The position numbers and the translations under genes are program-made. Shown piece after piece: positions 29,707 through 38,435 of a stretch of DNA of 64,000 bases. Numbering within the stretch: position 1 is the stretch's first letter; each line of letters begins with the position of its first letter. The stretch covers positions 668-64,667 of the forward strand of contig DIFA01000017.1 of the NCBI GenBank assembly GCA_002418895.1. The letters are read 5' to 3'. The stretch comes from Dehalococcoidia bacterium UBA5760. GTDB lineage: Bacteria; Chloroflexota; Dehalococcoidia; Dehalococcoidales; UBA5760. The notes under the pieces were generated by a model. The model saw nothing but the letters and a program-made list of their open reading frames with translations. It had not been told where the DNA came from and ran no database searches.

Positions 29707-30153
29707 ATGGGACATACGGTAAACTCTATTCTGATCGAGGCGCCTTACGATCGGGTCTTCGATATCTCCAACGATATCGGGCGGTGGACGGAGTTGTTCG
29801 GCGGTGAGTACAAAGAGGCCAGGGTGCTGAAACGGGAGGGGAACAAAATCACCTTCCAGTTGACCGATAATGAAGGTAATTCCTGGCAGTCCTTCCGTCT
29901 CCTCTTTAAGGATTATTACTTTACCTATGCCCAGAAGATGGAGCCGGCATTTCCCTTCAAGTATATGAAGATTATCTGGCTCTATACCCCTACCCCGGCA
30001 GGAGTAAAGCTGACCTGGGTGCAGGATTTTACCATGGCGGACGGAGCCAAGTTTAACGACGAACAGGTTGAAGGCTTCATCAACAAGCATTCCCGGGATA
30101 ATCTGCAGATATTCAAGAGTGTGATAGAGAAAGAAGCAGGGAGTAAGAGATGA
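29707..30153 (+). CDS. SRPBCC-fold polyketide aromatase/cyclase (monodomain ARO/CYC, TcmN/ZhuI-like)
   Basis: 148 aa. HTVNSILIEAPYDRVFDISNDIGRWTELF... has the typical Polyketide_cyc2 N-terminus and size. Confidence 0.7.
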   Translation: MGHTVNSILIEAPYDRVFDISNDIGRWTELFGGEYKEARVLKREGNKITFQLTDNEGNSWQSFRLLFKDYYFTYAQKMEPAFPFKYMKIIWLYTPTPAGVKLTWVQDFTMADGAKFNDEQVEGFINKHSRDNLQIFKSVIEKEAGSKR

Positions 30154-30923
30154 GCGAACTGAAGGGTAAGACGGCTATCGTTACTGGGGCAAGTCGGGGT
30201 ATCGGCGGAGCGCTGGGGATGGCGCTGGCAAAAGAGGGGATGGACCTGGTGCTTGCCGCACGCGGCCGGGCGGTGCTCGAAGAGACCGCCGCGGGGCTGT
30301 CCCGTAAATATAATGTGCGGGTAGTTCCGGTAGCCTGTGATGTTACCCGGCAGGGCGACCTGGAGAATCTGGCCGCTACTGCTATCAAGGAGTTCAATAA
30401 GATAGATGCCCTGATCAACAGCGCCGGGGTAAGCAGCCAGTACCCCTTTCAGGAGCAGCCGCTCGAAGACATCGCCAGGCTGATGTATACCAATTACTTC
30501 GGGGCGGTGATGCTGACCCGCCTCATGATCAACCACTTTATCGAAAACAAGAGCGGCGCCGTTATCAATATTACCTCCGGCTCAACCCTGGTAGACCCGC
30601 CGCCGAGAAACTTTATCGTTTATTCCTCTCTGAAGCGGGCGCTGAATGCTTTTAGCAAGGGGCTTTTCTGGGAGTTGAGGGACCAGGGTATCAAGGTAAC
30701 CTCGATTATGCCCGGGGTTACCGATACCGCCCTGACCGGAGGGCTTGCCGAGATTTCAGTGGACCGTTCGCGTCTGATGCAGACCGGGGTGATAGAGGAT
30801 GCCGTCAAGTTCGCTCTCTCCGTACCGGCCAATGTCTGTCCTCTGGAGATTTCGGTTATCAACCAGCGCACCCCCTGGACGAGTCCGGTAATTCCATACC
30901 GACAGGACCATCCCAAAGAATGA
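30150..30923 (+). CDS. SDR-family ketoreductase
   Basis: 257 aa. TGASRGIGGALG, NSAG, and the catalytic YSSLK. The start overlaps the upstream stop (ATGA). Confidence 0.85.
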   Translation: MSELKGKTAIVTGASRGIGGALGMALAKEGMDLVLAARGRAVLEETAAGLSRKYNVRVVPVACDVTRQGDLENLAATAIKEFNKIDALINSAGVSSQYPFQEQPLEDIARLMYTNYFGAVMLTRLMINHFIENKSGAVINITSGSTLVDPPPRNFIVYSSLKRALNAFSKGLFWELRDQGIKVTSIMPGVTDTALTGGLAEISVDRSRLMQTGVIEDAVKFALSVPANVCPLEISVINQRTPWTSPVIPYRQDHPKE

Positions 30924-31840
30924 TGTTTGATGCGCATATTCACTGGCTGCCCGGGGAGATTATCGAAAATGCCCACTTTTACTCTGCCGCCTGGGGTAGT
31001 ATCGAGGGTCAGCTTGAGGTCATGGACAAATTTCACATCGATAAGACCCTCATCGTTTATCCGACCAATGATGCCTACCGGAAGATGGGGGGACTCGGAG
31101 AGGTTGCCCGGCTCTACAATGACCGCATAGCCGGGGTGGTGGGAAGATACCCGGAGCGGTTCGTCGGAGCGGCTATCCTGCCGGTCGATGAGCCGGAAGA
31201 GATGGCCAGAGAGTTCGAGCGGGTAACCAAGGGCCTGGGGTTCAGGGCCCTTTCCCTGGCGACCAGCTTTGACGGCATATACCTGGATGATGAGCGGTTT
31301 TGCCATCTCTATGAGGAGGCGGAGTCGCTTAATATCCCCATCTTTGTTCATCCCCAGACGATAAATCCGATAGGCTACGAGCGGATAAAGGACCCCCTGC
31401 TTACTCCTGTCATCGAGTTCGTCTTCGATACCACCATCTGCATCGGCAAGCTGATTATGGCGGGTACGCTCAGGCGGTTCCCCAACCTCAAATTTATCTT
31501 TGCTCATTTCGGGGGCGTCACCCCCTTTATCAAGGAAAGGTTCGACAGCATATACCGGATGCTCAGAGGCAGAGATATCGTTAAGGACCTCTTTGCCCTG
31601 CCCGGCGAGTATCTGAGGCGGATATATGTGGATACCAGCGGCGTTACCTCCAGTCATGCTCTCATGTGTACCCTGGAGATGGTGGGTGCGGAGCATATTC
31701 TGTGGGGCAGCGACTACCCGGGTAACCCCGACATACCGGCCTCGATCAACGCCATCGAGAAACTCGATATTCCTGCCCGTGAAAAGGCGAAGATACTGGG
31801 GGCAAACATGGAGCGGGTGCTGTCCGGGGCAATCACCTGA
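30920..31840 (+). CDS. amidohydrolase_2 (ACMSD/LigW-type) family metal-dependent hydrolase/decarboxylase
   Basis: 306 aa. N-terminal DAHIH metal motif, later VHPQ, FAHFGG and WGSDYP. Overlaps the KR stop. Confidence 0.7.
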   Translation: MMFDAHIHWLPGEIIENAHFYSAAWGSIEGQLEVMDKFHIDKTLIVYPTNDAYRKMGGLGEVARLYNDRIAGVVGRYPERFVGAAILPVDEPEEMAREFERVTKGLGFRALSLATSFDGIYLDDERFCHLYEEAESLNIPIFVHPQTINPIGYERIKDPLLTPVIEFVFDTTICIGKLIMAGTLRRFPNLKFIFAHFGGVTPFIKERFDSIYRMLRGRDIVKDLFALPGEYLRRIYVDTSGVTSSHALMCTLEMVGAEHILWGSDYPGNPDIPASINAIEKLDIPAREKAKILGANMERVLSGAIT

Positions 31841-31858
31841 GGGCGATATCAGGCCGGA

Positions 31859-32731
31859 CTAGCTGTCCTTACGCAGGTATTTATCTACCAGCAGCTTGAG
31901 TTTTTCCTTCTGTTCGGGCGGTATCGAGGCGGGATCGGTGACAATCGCTGTCTTCAGGGCGGTGGTGCAGTCGCAGTGGCGTTCGTGCGGTATCCTGGCG
32001 GCGGTTACTCTGATGATTTCCCTGATCTTGTCGTTGTTCTGCTTCAGTGTCTCTATGATGATATCAATCGGGGTCGGCTTATCGTGTTTCTGCCAGCAGT
32101 CGTAGTCGGTGATGCTGACGATAGCGGCGTAGCATATTTCGGCTTCCCGGGCCAGCTTGGCTTCGGGTGAGGCGGTCATACCGATGACATCGCTCCCCCA
32201 GGAGCGGTAGAGGTTTGATTCGGCTCTGGTGGAGAAAGCTGGGCCCTCCATCGCCAGATAGGTCCCGCCCCGGTGGATGGCAGCTCCGGCCTCCTTTGCT
32301 GTCCGGTAAAGAAGCTGGCTCAGTACCGGGCAGAATGGCTCGGCAAAGATGATGTGGGCAACGATGCCGCCGCTGAAGAAGGAGCTTGCCCGGTTGCGGG
32401 TGCGGTCGATAAGCTGGTCGGGGATGACCAGCTCGCCGGGTTTGAACTCCTGATTGAGGCTGCCGGCGGCGTTCACCGAGATTATCCACTCCACTCCCAG
32501 AGACTTCAGGGCGTAGATATTGGCCCGGTAGGGTACCTCGCCGGGGGAGAGGTGGTGCCCCTTGCCGTGACGGGGCAGGAAGGCAACCGCAGTCCCTTCC
32601 AGATGCCCGGTGGTGATGGTGTCACTCGGCCTGCCGAAAGGCGTCTCAATATCAACCTCTGCGATATCAGTCAGCCCTTTGATATGATAGAGCCCGCTGC
32701 CTCCGATTACTCCGATTTTCGCCTCCGGCAT
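31859..32731 (-). CDS. mtnP: S-methyl-5'-thioadenosine phosphorylase
   Basis: 290 aa. The N-terminus KIGVIGGSGLY and an overall PNP/MTAP pattern. The ATG shares one base with the stop of the upstream RM gene. Confidence 0.9.
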   Translation of the reverse strand: MPEAKIGVIGGSGLYHIKGLTDIAEVDIETPFGRPSDTITTGHLEGTAVAFLPRHGKGHHLSPGEVPYRANIYALKSLGVEWIISVNAAGSLNQEFKPGELVIPDQLIDRTRNRASSFFSGGIVAHIIFAEPFCPVLSQLLYRTAKEAGAAIHRGGTYLAMEGPAFSTRAESNLYRSWGSDVIGMTASPEAKLAREAEICYAAIVSITDYDCWQKHDKPTPIDIIIETLKQNNDKIREIIRVTAARIPHERHCDCTTALKTAIVTDPASIPPEQKEKLKLLVDKYLRKDS

Positions 32732-35691
32732 CAGGTTTCTCCTTCCACTATTTTTCTCTCCTCTTCGCTAAGTCCGTAGAGGTCATAGACCAGGTTATCT
32801 ATTTCCTCATCCGTCCGCTTGATTTCTCTCACCAGCTCATCCTTCTCATTGCCGTCCGTATTACGTACTGGCGCCAACCGTCTGTTCAGCTCCAGCATCC
32901 TGTCTGCCAGCGTCACTAAACCATCGTGCATCTTTTTCTCGGCGGGGTTGTCAAAGTCGATGAGGCGGATGGGGAGCTTTTCGATATAACGACGGGCGTA
33001 GGAAAAGAAGCCTCCTCGAAAGGGGCTGCTGATCTTTCGAAGATTAAAGTCGAGCAGAGTAGAATTTAAGAGGCTAAGAACGTACAGGTAATCTTCTCTG
33101 CTAGCTGATTTTAGGGTAAGGCCATATCCGCCTGCATTACCTCCACCCATAAAGTAGTAAACGCCGTCGTTATCGAAGGTGATGCTGCTTTTGCTGGCCA
33201 GCACTTGTATCATAATCTTACATCTATCATGAAGAGCCAGGTTTTGAGTGCGGCCGAAGGCATACCATCTCTCGTGACGCATCTTGCCTTGCTCCCTGCT
33301 TTCCAGGGCCTTTCGGTTCTGCAGCAGGTATTGCCAGCAGTGGGGATGGAGCGAGGCGAACTCCCCGGCTGGTATTAGTTCGGCTTTCTCCGCGCTTATT
33401 TTATAGGGAAAGAGCAGCAGCTGTTTGGGAACGGGGAATCCGTAGCGCTCGATATCCTTGCCCATTAGTAGCGGTTTGAGCAGGGCTGACTCCAGCTCGA
33501 CTGCCTGTCCCAGGCTGCGGGAATAGACCCTGATCTTGCCGCTAACCGGTTCATCTTGCTTCTCCAGAATGTAGATTTTGTCAGCACTTGTAACAAGCCC
33601 CTGGAAAATCCTATCGGCTAACTCTCCCAGTGGTTTTGTATTGCCGGCAATCCTGGTGAGCAGGGTGTCACCCGTCGCTGGCGGAGGCCAGATACCCCGG
33701 ACTACGGCCTCTTGATTCGTTGCGCTGCATGGAAGTCCGGCAGCGTCTATCGGCCGGTCTGCTCTGGAGAGGTCGATATCCTCAGGAATGAAGGTGTAGC
33801 GAAACGGCTGCTCCCCGGTGCCTTTCTTTAATGTGATAATAACGGGATAGGTCGTTGCTTCGGCGAATACCTGCTGGGTCGAGAGGTCTACGATACTCTC
33901 CACGGCACATTCGCTGCGCAGTATCTGCTTGATTTTCTTGCCGTAATCCGACTTGAGGAACTTGCCTGAGGTGATGAAGCCGAGCCGACCCCCCGGTTTT
34001 AGCAGTTTGATTGCCTGCTCCAGGAACAGGACGTATATATCAAAGGAGCCGCAAGCGGAGCGGTAGATTTCACGGTAGTAATCGGCTTCATCTCTGGGCA
34101 GGGTCTGTATCCTGACATAAGGCGGGTTGCCGATCACGATGTCGAAGCCGCCGTTATCCATAATCTCCTTGAACTCCCGCTGCCAGTTAAACGGCTTTTT
34201 ATCGCGCCAGCCGTCGCCGAAGTATTTTTTGAGTTCTTCCTCGGTGCCTGAGATGAGGGAGTTGCCCGGGCGGATGTTGTCGGTAAGGCCGGGGAGCAGC
34301 TCCCTTTTCGCCAGACTGCGCAGCAGCAGATTGAGGCGGGCGATTTCGACTGCCTGCATATCCAGGTCGACGCCGAAGATATTGCTGGTAAGGACGGGCA
34401 GGCGTTCCCACTGGTCGAGCTCGGATACCGGTTTGCCCCGCTGGCAGGCGTGGTATTGCAGTAGCTCGTCATAGGCACGGATGAGAAATGAACCCGAGCC
34501 GCAGGCCGGGTCCAGTATTTTAATGTTGTGTATTTCACTGTAGCTACGCTCCTCGATAAAACGCCCCACGGTCTCCCTGACGATGTAGTCGGTGACGAAT
34601 TTCGGCGTGTAGTAGATGCCGTGCTCTTTGCGGCGCTGTTTTTTGGCGGTAAGCTCGAAGGCTGCTTCGGTTGGAATTCCTAGGCCCGTTCGGGCTTGAG
34701 CTTCCTTTGCTCTCTGTTTGGCTGCCGTGGCGACGTGCCCCAGGTATTGCTCGTAGACTGCGCCCAGCACATCGGCATCGATGAGGGAGAAGTCGTAGCT
34801 GGCTATACCGCCCGGGATTTCGTATAGACCGTTGAGAATGCTCTCGATGGTGGTGCTCTCGATAAAGACCCCGTCGGTGAGATGGTGCCGGAAGAGGTCG
34901 CTATCGTAGAAGCCGTCAAAGTAGCGGAAGATAGCGCGCAGCGACTCAACGAGCTCTCCCCGGTGCTCGCTGCGGCTCCATTGGTGTACGGCGGCGAGCA
35001 GGGTCTTGTTCTCTATTCCCCTGTCCTCGCAGGTGCGGATAAAGATAAGGCGGTTGAAGAGCCGTTGAATCACCTCATCTATCTCTTCGTGGCTCAGATT
35101 CCGGTTATAGTGGTGGAGCTGGCTGTATAGTTCCTCGCGCCATTGGCGGAGCTGCTTGAACAGGCGCTGCTCTATACCCAGTCGCGGCGGGAGCGCCCCG
35201 TATTTTTCCGCCTTTTCATTGAGGGCATTTCCCTGGAATGATTCCCTGGATAGCAGCCACAGGTCGTCGAAGTTCTTGAGATAGTTGTCGTAAGAGAGGC
35301 TTATGAAAGGACGTCCGGTCTGGGCGTTGTAGACCTGCAGTCCCTCGAAGTCGGAAAGCGCTGCCCAGGTTATGCCCTTGTTGTAGGCGTAGGTAACGGC
35401 CTGCTTGATATATTCGGGCTTGGTCAAGTCAGCCCTTAGTGCCTTGGCTTCCAGATAGAACCGGGAGACACCCTGCAGCCGGAAAACGTAGTCCACCCGC
35501 CCGCTGCCTGCCTTGACTTCTTCGGCTACCTCATCCCGGCTGTAAATATCCCAGCCCAGAGCAAGAAAGAGGGGCATAATAAAGATGCGGCGCGTATCAG
35601 CTTCGGAGAACTTCCTGATATCCCTCGCCTCAAGGCTTTGATATTTGGCAACCAGCCTGGCTACTTCCTGGCAGGCCTCTTCCTTTGTCAT
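32731..35691 (-). CDS. single-polypeptide type IIG restriction endonuclease / N6-adenine DNA methyltransferase (Eco57I/MmeI-like architecture)
   Basis: 986 aa. The N-terminal HsdR_N-like PD-(D/E)xK module has ADTRR...GRVDYVF...YLEAKA. MTase motif I is ILDPACGSGSFL and motif IV is VIGNPPYV. A long C-terminal TaqI_C-like specificity region follows. Confidence 0.8.
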   Translation of the reverse strand: MTKEEACQEVARLVAKYQSLEARDIRKFSEADTRRIFIMPLFLALGWDIYSRDEVAEEVKAGSGRVDYVFRLQGVSRFYLEAKALRADLTKPEYIKQAVTYAYNKGITWAALSDFEGLQVYNAQTGRPFISLSYDNYLKNFDDLWLLSRESFQGNALNEKAEKYGALPPRLGIEQRLFKQLRQWREELYSQLHHYNRNLSHEEIDEVIQRLFNRLIFIRTCEDRGIENKTLLAAVHQWSRSEHRGELVESLRAIFRYFDGFYDSDLFRHHLTDGVFIESTTIESILNGLYEIPGGIASYDFSLIDADVLGAVYEQYLGHVATAAKQRAKEAQARTGLGIPTEAAFELTAKKQRRKEHGIYYTPKFVTDYIVRETVGRFIEERSYSEIHNIKILDPACGSGSFLIRAYDELLQYHACQRGKPVSELDQWERLPVLTSNIFGVDLDMQAVEIARLNLLLRSLAKRELLPGLTDNIRPGNSLISGTEEELKKYFGDGWRDKKPFNWQREFKEIMDNGGFDIVIGNPPYVRIQTLPRDEADYYREIYRSACGSFDIYVLFLEQAIKLLKPGGRLGFITSGKFLKSDYGKKIKQILRSECAVESIVDLSTQQVFAEATTYPVIITLKKGTGEQPFRYTFIPEDIDLSRADRPIDAAGLPCSATNQEAVVRGIWPPPATGDTLLTRIAGNTKPLGELADRIFQGLVTSADKIYILEKQDEPVSGKIRVYSRSLGQAVELESALLKPLLMGKDIERYGFPVPKQLLLFPYKISAEKAELIPAGEFASLHPHCWQYLLQNRKALESREQGKMRHERWYAFGRTQNLALHDRCKIMIQVLASKSSITFDNDGVYYFMGGGNAGGYGLTLKSASREDYLYVLSLLNSTLLDFNLRKISSPFRGGFFSYARRYIEKLPIRLIDFDNPAEKKMHDGLVTLADRMLELNRRLAPVRNTDGNEKDELVREIKRTDEEIDNLVYDLYGLSEEERKIVEGET

Positions 35692-35739
35692 ACCCTGTAA
35701 CTGCCTTTATTATGAGATGGCAAGGTCGGTGTCATTCGC

Positions 35740-35768
35740 AGTATAAATAGTTCTTGTTCCGTTGTCCA
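35740..35768 (-). promoter_or_regulatory. candidate promoter for the RM-mtnP unit (TGGACA-N17-TATACT)
   Basis: On the minus strand, -35 TGGACA is at 35768-35763, the spacer is 17 nt, and -10 TATACT is at 35745-35740. This is about 50 nt upstream of the RM ATG. Confidence 0.4.
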
Positions 35769-35863
35769 GTATCGCGGCTGATATCCGGAATCCGGGTGCC
35801 TAAAATGTCATCTTAATGCGGCCTGGCTGCAGACAGTGACGTATCGGTGGCGGGGGTAATGGT

Positions 35864-36904
35864 TCAAGCGGTTATTCCCCTCAGCCTCTCGATATAGGGC
35901 TCTTTGATGACGCCCTTCTCCGTTATGATGGCGGTTATGTAGTAGTGGGGGGTGACGTCGAAGGCGGGGTTGGCCGCCGTGGTGCCCTCCGGCGCGGTGC
36001 CTACTCCCTGTAGGTGGGTTACCTCGTCGGGGTCTCTCTCCTCGATGGGGATTTCGTCCCCGCAGGTCAGGGAAAGGTCGATGGTGCTTACCGGAGCGGC
36101 GACGTAGAAGGGGACGCCGTTTTCCATCGCCAGCACGGCCAGGCTGTAGCTGCCGATCTTGTTGGCGGTATCCCCGTTGGCGGCAATGCGGTCGGCGCCG
36201 ATGATGACGCAGTCGATCTTCCCCCGGTTGAGAAAGTAGCCTGCCATGGAGTCGGTGATCAGGGTTAAGGGGATGCCGGTCTGCTTCAGTTCCCAGGTGG
36301 TGAGGCGTGCCCCCTGTAGCAGGGGACGGGTCTCGTCGGCGAGTACCTTGATCTTCTTGCCCTGTTCTTTCGCCTGTCTGATTATGCCGAGGGCGGTGCC
36401 ATAGCCGGTGGTTGCCAGGGGGCCGGTATTACAGTGGGTCAGTATGTTAGCGCCGTCCTTGATTAATCCGGCGCCGAAGCGGGCCAGTTTTTCGGTGGCC
36501 TCAATCTCTCCCCAGTGTATTCTGATTGCTTCGTTAACCAGCGCTTTTTTCATCTGAGCCGTATCCCCGCCGGCTTCGGCTGCCTGTTGCATTCGTTCGA
36601 TAGCCATAAAGAGGTTCCTTGCCGTGGGTCTGGTGGCGGCCAGGGTTTGGGTAATGTCCTTGAGTTCGAACAGGAATGCGTCTCTGGACGTATCCTCTAT
36701 CTGCAGAGCGCCCAGGGCTATTCCGTAGGCTCCGGCCACTCCGATTGCCGGCGCTCCCCTGATTCTCATCTCCTTAATCGCTGCGGCGACCTCTCGATAA
36801 TCACCAAGCTCAAGGTAGACCTCTTCCCGGGGGAGCCTGGTCTGGTCAAGTAGTTTTATTTTGTTCCCCAGCCATTCTATCGGCTGGTAGCCTGTTTCTT
36901 TCAT
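35864..36904 (-). CDS. mtnA: S-methyl-5-thioribose-1-phosphate isomerase
   Basis: The track ORF extends to 37039, but MKETGYQPIEWLGNKIKLLDQTRLP (ATG at 36904) is the typical MtnA/eIF-2B-like N-terminus. GADRIAANGDTANKIG is also present. Confidence 0.88.
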   Translation of the reverse strand: MKETGYQPIEWLGNKIKLLDQTRLPREEVYLELGDYREVAAAIKEMRIRGAPAIGVAGAYGIALGALQIEDTSRDAFLFELKDITQTLAATRPTARNLFMAIERMQQAAEAGGDTAQMKKALVNEAIRIHWGEIEATEKLARFGAGLIKDGANILTHCNTGPLATTGYGTALGIIRQAKEQGKKIKVLADETRPLLQGARLTTWELKQTGIPLTLITDSMAGYFLNRGKIDCVIIGADRIAANGDTANKIGSYSLAVLAMENGVPFYVAAPVSTIDLSLTCGDEIPIEERDPDEVTHLQGVGTAPEGTTAANPAFDVTPHYYITAIITEKGVIKEPYIERLRGITA

Positions 36905-36945
36905 TCTGGCCTTCTCGTGAACTTCCTTTGCCGGAGTAAGTTTTC

Positions 36946-37473
36946 TTACTGGCGTTCCTGCCAACGCTGGCGGGATATCTCCATGAGGATAAAGCGGCAG
37001 CCGTCCCTGGAGAGGTGTCCGCAGGTGGTGAACCCGCATTTCTCAAAGCAGCGCTGCGCCCGGTGGTTTGAGTGGAGGGTCTTCAGGTAGATGCGGTTGA
37101 GTTTGGTGGCCCGGTAGATGTGGTTGAGCAGCGTATTAACGGTATCGGCACCGTAGCCCTTGTCCCGGCAATCGCGGTTACCAATCATAATCCCCAGTTC
37201 TCCTTCGCCCCTGGTTTCGTCGATGTTATAACAGGAGCAGGTGCCGATGTGACTGCCGGCCAGCGTTTCGATGGCAAATACGTGTTTATCCGGGGATGGA
37301 TGGCGTATCTCATTCCAGTAGCCTGCCAGGTATCGGTCGAAGGTCGTTTCTTGCACCTCTTGCACCGGGATAGCGTTGAGCCGTGCCAGATCGGGGTCGG
37401 TCTGCCAGATATAGTTATCCAGGGCGTCAGCCAGTTTTCTCTTACGAATCCTGACCTTTTTACTGTTGGGCAT
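36946..37473 (-). CDS. GNAT family N-acetyltransferase (RimJ/RimL-like)
   Basis: The start is taken at MPNSKKVRIRK (ATG at 37473), 23 nt after the upstream stop. The acetyl-CoA region is RDKGYGADTVNTLLNHIY. Confidence 0.7.
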   Translation of the reverse strand: MPNSKKVRIRKRKLADALDNYIWQTDPDLARLNAIPVQEVQETTFDRYLAGYWNEIRHPSPDKHVFAIETLAGSHIGTCSCYNIDETRGEGELGIMIGNRDCRDKGYGADTVNTLLNHIYRATKLNRIYLKTLHSNHRAQRCFEKCGFTTCGHLSRDGCRFILMEISRQRWQERQ

Positions 37474-37496
37474 ACTACTCCCGAAGGACCCCGTTC

Positions 37497-38417
37497 TCAG
37501 AACGGGGGTGAGTCCTCTCCTTCTGCCTGCAGCTCGTTCAGAGCCTGCTCCGCCGCTTGCTGGACTACCTCGTTGGAGGCATCCAGGCATTGTTCCAGGA
37601 AGTTCTTTGCCTCGGTACCGCCTGTCTGCCCTAGGGCCTCGATGGCGGCCAGCTGGATTTCAATGTCGGGATCGGCGGCAAGGTTGATCAAACAGGGGAC
37701 TGCCTCTTCCTCACCCAGCTCGCCGCAGGCCCGGGCCACCTCGTAGCGTATCTCGGTGTCGGGACTACCCGCCTCGTCCAGTATTATGGACAGCCAGGAA
37801 GGGTTGCCGTTCCTCCCCATCGCATATATCGCGCTGACCCTGAGGGTGCGGTTGCTGCTCCGGTAGGCTTCCCCGATGGCTTTCTCTACTTCAGGTGAGT
37901 CCAGCGGGGCGATCGCTTCCAGAGCCCGGCGTCTTACTTCTGCCGGTTTGTTTCTATCGTCTATCACGGCGAGTAAAGCACGGTATATCTTCAATGTGTA
38001 AGCAGGGCGCAGCTTTTTCTGTGCGGCCAGTGTGGTAAATTTACCCAGTCCTGTTGCTGCCGCTGCCTGGACCAGCTTTGAATTGTCCTGCTCCATGATA
38101 GCAATCAGGGTGTGTATCAGCGAGGGCTCCTCGTTTTCCCAGAGGCCTTCGATTGCCTTGCTCCGTACCTCGGCGTCCTGATCGCTCAGACAGTTCTTGA
38201 AGATACTGTCAAAATCAAGCTCAAAGTTGTCCTCGGCAAGCTCAACCAGCCGGGATACAATCTGCCGCCGCCGTTGCGACTCAATTGTTGGCCATACCTC
38301 TTTCAGGGAATTTAGCTTTTCCGTGGTTATGTTGGATAGGTCGGCCAGGCTTGAGTTAAGCAGCGGTTTGCTGCTGTCAGCCAGTTGGGTAATTATTTCC
38401 TCAATAGGTGATAGCAT
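37497..38417 (-). CDS. HEAT-repeat (PBS-lyase-like) protein
   Basis: 306 aa. Repeated ..VR..A..ALG.. helical units (EVRSKAIEGL, EVRRRALEAIAPL, LRVSAIYAMGRNG, EIRYEVARACGELG, EIQLAAIEALGQTG). Confidence 0.65.
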   Translation of the reverse strand: MLSPIEEIITQLADSSKPLLNSSLADLSNITTEKLNSLKEVWPTIESQRRRQIVSRLVELAEDNFELDFDSIFKNCLSDQDAEVRSKAIEGLWENEEPSLIHTLIAIMEQDNSKLVQAAAATGLGKFTTLAAQKKLRPAYTLKIYRALLAVIDDRNKPAEVRRRALEAIAPLDSPEVEKAIGEAYRSSNRTLRVSAIYAMGRNGNPSWLSIILDEAGSPDTEIRYEVARACGELGEEEAVPCLINLAADPDIEIQLAAIEALGQTGGTEAKNFLEQCLDASNEVVQQAAEQALNELQAEGEDSPPF

Positions 38418-38435
38418 GGCAGGTACCTGTTCTCT

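Noticed and set aside
32731-35691. Considered whether the large NPPY methyltransferase is a BREX PglX or part of another multi-gene defence island.
   Set aside because: No pglZ, brxC, brxL, helicase or other defence genes are adjacent. The N-terminal PD-(D/E)xK module and the size fit a stand-alone type IIG enzyme better.
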